From the NCBI GenBank assembly GCA_043228905.1, contig JBHGNT010000013.1:4588001-4652000 (forward strand): a stretch of DNA of 64,000 nucleotides, read 5' to 3'. The notes beneath the pieces were generated by a model. It saw nothing but the letters and a program-made list of their open reading frames with translations, ran no database searches and was not told the DNA's origin. Of the stretch, positions 60,737 to 64,000 are shown piece by piece. This DNA comes from Azolla caroliniana (lineage: Eukaryota; Plantae; Polypodiophyta). The position numbers and the translations under genes are program-made. The first letter of the stretch is position 1, and every line of letters starts with the position of its first letter.

Positions 60737-61722
60737 AAAGGATCAATTCTCCCCTTATATGAAGGGACAGACCATACCATGTGCTTGGCCACAATGGCTA
60801 CCTTATGATAGTTGTCAAACTAGCTAGCTTTGGGTTCTTTTCTTTATGTTTGCTTCCAAGCAATGTTTACATTCAATAGTGAGCTCAAACTGGCAATTGT
60901 ATTAGGGTATGGAATATATTTTCCCAATCATTTATAAGCTGACAAGTTTCCATACGTACATTGAATATTTTATTTCCCATTAAATCTATATCCATGGATC
61001 TCCCTTTCAACGTGTCTATCTACAATTCATTATTGTTTTTAAAGCCTCCTTAGTTTATTGCTCTAATTCAATCCCTCTATGAAATATAAAGGCCTTTGCT
61101 TGAATAATCTAGAGATTCCCACCAAGTATTATTTATCCCCATGATATTTTCTCCTTTTCCTTATTTGAATGGTTCTTATATTTTGATATACTCTTTTCCA
61201 ATGATTTACTTTGGTGCTAATAATTTCATATCAATACCAAAGTGAATATGTGTCCAAAACATTATTTAACCATGGATTTAAATAAGTATACCTATGAACA
61301 TTTTACTAATAGCTATATACACATGGATTTAAACAAAACATATATGCCAATTTCACTAGTAGCTAACATATTAGAGAACCTATACTTCTGGGAATCTAAT
61401 GCTCGTCCACTCAAATTCTCTTCCTTTTAACATAACTCCATATCATATTTATGTGTGAGCTTTGTATAAAACATAGAACAACAACTAATGTAGAAACAAT
61501 GAAGATAATATCACCTCATATTTTCCAAACCATGTGCATCACATGATACACGAGTTTATGCATGGGAAGTTGTGATCCCTTGAGGAAAACAAAGTTATTT
61601 TGTTCATAAGAAAAGAACTAATTCCTGTAAAATAAACATGTCAATCTAGACCTTTTGTGCCCATGATTGATCCAATATCTTTGGATCTTATATAACTTAA
61701 ACCAAGCTATTTTGTTCATAAG

Positions 61723-63527
61723 TGTAAAGAATCGGGTATGATTCTTGTGTGGCGGAAGAGATGCGTGTTATGTGTATGTGTGAGAGGAATTAGATGAGAG
61801 ATGATAGAACACAAGATTGGTAGAAAAAGGAATACTCAAGAAGAAGGTGTATATTTCACAAGTAGAATAAGAATTACAAAATGTAGCATAATAAGGAGTC
61901 ACAACCGACATAGTATGAAGTATGAGGAGGGTGCTTTATATAGAGTCACCCTCTCTCTTCATTAACTTACAACAACCACTCTCCCTCTTGGGGAATGTGA
62001 AGAATCATAGTCATGGGGAATATGTAACTCATTAGTTATGTGTCATAGAATATGATTCTATGACACATAGTTAATGTGTACAGAGTAGTGGTGTGACTCT
62101 TGACCTTTAAGTAATCATAGATTCTCAAAAGGTGTGTTCACACATTGTGCTATGTTGAGCTTGATTCTCAACACGCCCCCTCAAGCTCAACTCGGGTTCG
62201 TTCCTTTTGATTGATGTCCGCTTCGGTTGGTATTCGGTTCAGATGATCTCTGATGTCCGCTTCGGCTCGTACCCGATTCGGACGGTATCCAGTTCTCGCT
62301 TGTACTCCCCCTGAAGCTTGGCAAGTCAGGGATCGTCAATCCAAGGTCTGACATGAATTGCTGAAGCTTGTCGGCTCCTAAGGCTTTGGTGAAGATGTCG
62401 GTCGTCTGAAGATTCGTGTTGATGTGTTGAAGGTCGACATCTTCGGCCTGTTCGCGCTCTCGAATGAAGTGATAGTGCACTTCGATGTGCTTTGTGCGCG
62501 CATGGAACACCGTGTTCCGAGCCAGATATATACTGCTCATATTGTCACAGTAAATGGGAGTCGGATCCTTGATGGGGACACCCGGATCCTTGATGGGGAT
62601 CCTTCAAAATCTCTTGAGCCATACGACTTCACATGTAGCTACGGTTGCGCCCCTGTATTCGGCCTCCGTACTCGAAAGTGCGATAGTAGGCTGCTTCTTA
62701 CTACTCAAAGATATTGCTCCGCTACCAAGTGAGTAGACAAATTCGGAGGTCGATCGTCGATGAGCTTTGTAGCCTGCCCAGTCCGCCTCTGTGTACCCTT
62801 CGATGCGTAGAGAACGTCGTAATCCATTGTGCCGCTCACGTATCGTAATACTTGCTTAGCGCAATCCAAGTGAATGTTGCGTGGTTTTTGCATGAATTGG
62901 CCGAGGAGTCCGACTTGATAGCTAAGGTTGGGTCGAGTGATCGTGAGATAGATGAGGCTCCTGATCAGTTGATGATCTTGGGTCAGCTCCCACTCGTCTG
63001 TGCCAGAGTCAGCATATAGTTTGAGGTTTCGATCGAGAGGTGTAGCGACCGATTTGCACTCAGTCATCCGAAACTTGTATAACAAGTTGAGAATGTAGTG
63101 CCGTTGAGAGATCATAATGCCAACCGGAATCCGAATTACTTCGATGCCAAGGAAGTAATGGAGCTCCTTCATGTCCGTCATCTCGAATTTTCCGGAGAGA
63201 AGGGACTTGTCGACTAGACTTTCACCTCCAATGACCAGATCATCCACGTATAGGATGATGACAATTAGGCTTCTAGAGTGATGTCGTATGTAGAGGGAGT
63301 TGTCGGATTTCGACATTCGAAACCCGAATTGATGAAGATAGTGCGTAATCTTCGAATGCCAAGCACGCGGTGCTTGCTTAAGGCCGTAGAGTGGCTTCTT
63401 GAGTCGGCACATGGCTTTCGGATGAATGTGCGATTTGAAGCCGGGAGGTTGTACCATGTACACCCTTTCGCCGTTGCGAGTGCAACTACGGTCCGCATCT
63501 TCGTCATCTTTGCCACCGGGGCAAAGA
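61723..63527 (-). mobile_element. copia 3' part: RT, RNase H, PPT and 3' LTR
   Basis: LYGLKQAPRAW, LYVDDLVI, FHARTKHIEVHYHF; PPT at 62174-62186; LTR 61723-62173 (TG..CA). Confidence 0.9.
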
Positions 63528-64000
63528 TGTCGGGAGACAGGTCCCTCCGGATGGGAAGGGAGAAGAACAGTGCCAACGAACAATCCGTCCCTAAACCGGA
63601 TGAGGAGTACCCGGCTACGGAGAGCCGGATGGTGCAGGCCCGGTGTGAACCGGATGAGGAGTGCCCGGCTACGAAGAGCCGGATGGTGCAGAACCGGTGA
63701 GAACCGGATGAGGAGCACCCGGCTACGAAGAGCCGGATGGTGTAGAACCGGTGAGAACCGGATGAGGAGCACCCGGCTACGGAGAGCCGGATGACGCAGA
63801 CCTAGTGCGAACCAGAGGAAGAGACATATTCGTAAATATGTTTCTGAGAGCCCATCGAGGCTACATTTGTAAATAGCCGAAAAGTCATATTAGTATAAAT
63901 ATGACTTAGGGCAAACTTTTAGTGTGGTTGTTGTCATTTTCTTGTTGGTGCAAGAAGAAGAGAGAGCACGTAACAGTGTACAGAGAGAGAGAGAGAGAAA
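63528..64000 (+). mobile_element. copia LTR of the A/E family inserted into RT; runs off the window
   Basis: Starts tgtcgggagacaggtccctccggatgggaag like the E LTR; tgtaaatagccgaaaagtcatattagtataaat TATA region. Confidence 0.9.
63594..63810 (+). repeat. 54-bp tandem repeat, four copies, in LTR U3
   Basis: aaccggatgaggag at 63594, 63648, 63702 and 63756. Confidence 0.92.

Noticed and set aside
62705-63772. 355-aa ORF with an N-terminal repeat domain
   Set aside because: Accidental fusion of antisense LTR 54-bp repeats with the interrupted copia RT at 63527/63528.

Overview
Eukaryotic, plant-type heterochromatic window made almost entirely of nested transposable elements. A fern or other non-seed plant is my inference from the element types; it is not proven. 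Retroelements: at least ten Ty1/copia copies or remnants, including three whose two LTRs are bounded by perfect 5-bp TSDs (4242-9628, 47840-53656, 54177-59691) and one with a near-perfect TSD (24424-35486); several Ty3/gypsy elements (a chromovirus 3' half, a non-chromovirus pol with 3' LTR, a gag-only element primed by tRNA-Trp, a solo LTR, a Tat/Ogre-type LTR with tRNA-Arg PBS, and RT/integrase fragments); and one APE-type LINE. DNA elements: a 1.6-kb non-autonomous hAT element and a possible MITE. The only host gene recognised is a purple acid phosphatase pseudogene on the minus strand (21908-38449), split inside its GHVH/HAYER exon by about 14.7 kb of nested elements. I found no intact host gene, RNA gene or CRISPR array. 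Most interesting signals: antisense tRNA-like Pol III A/B-box cassettes in the LTRs of two unrelated gypsy lineages; gypsy insertions with 4-bp CG-centred target sites; the gag-only element with half-discordant LTRs and a Trp-rich C-terminus; and a LINE whose ORF1 runs in frame into the endonuclease. All alignments and translations were done by eye.
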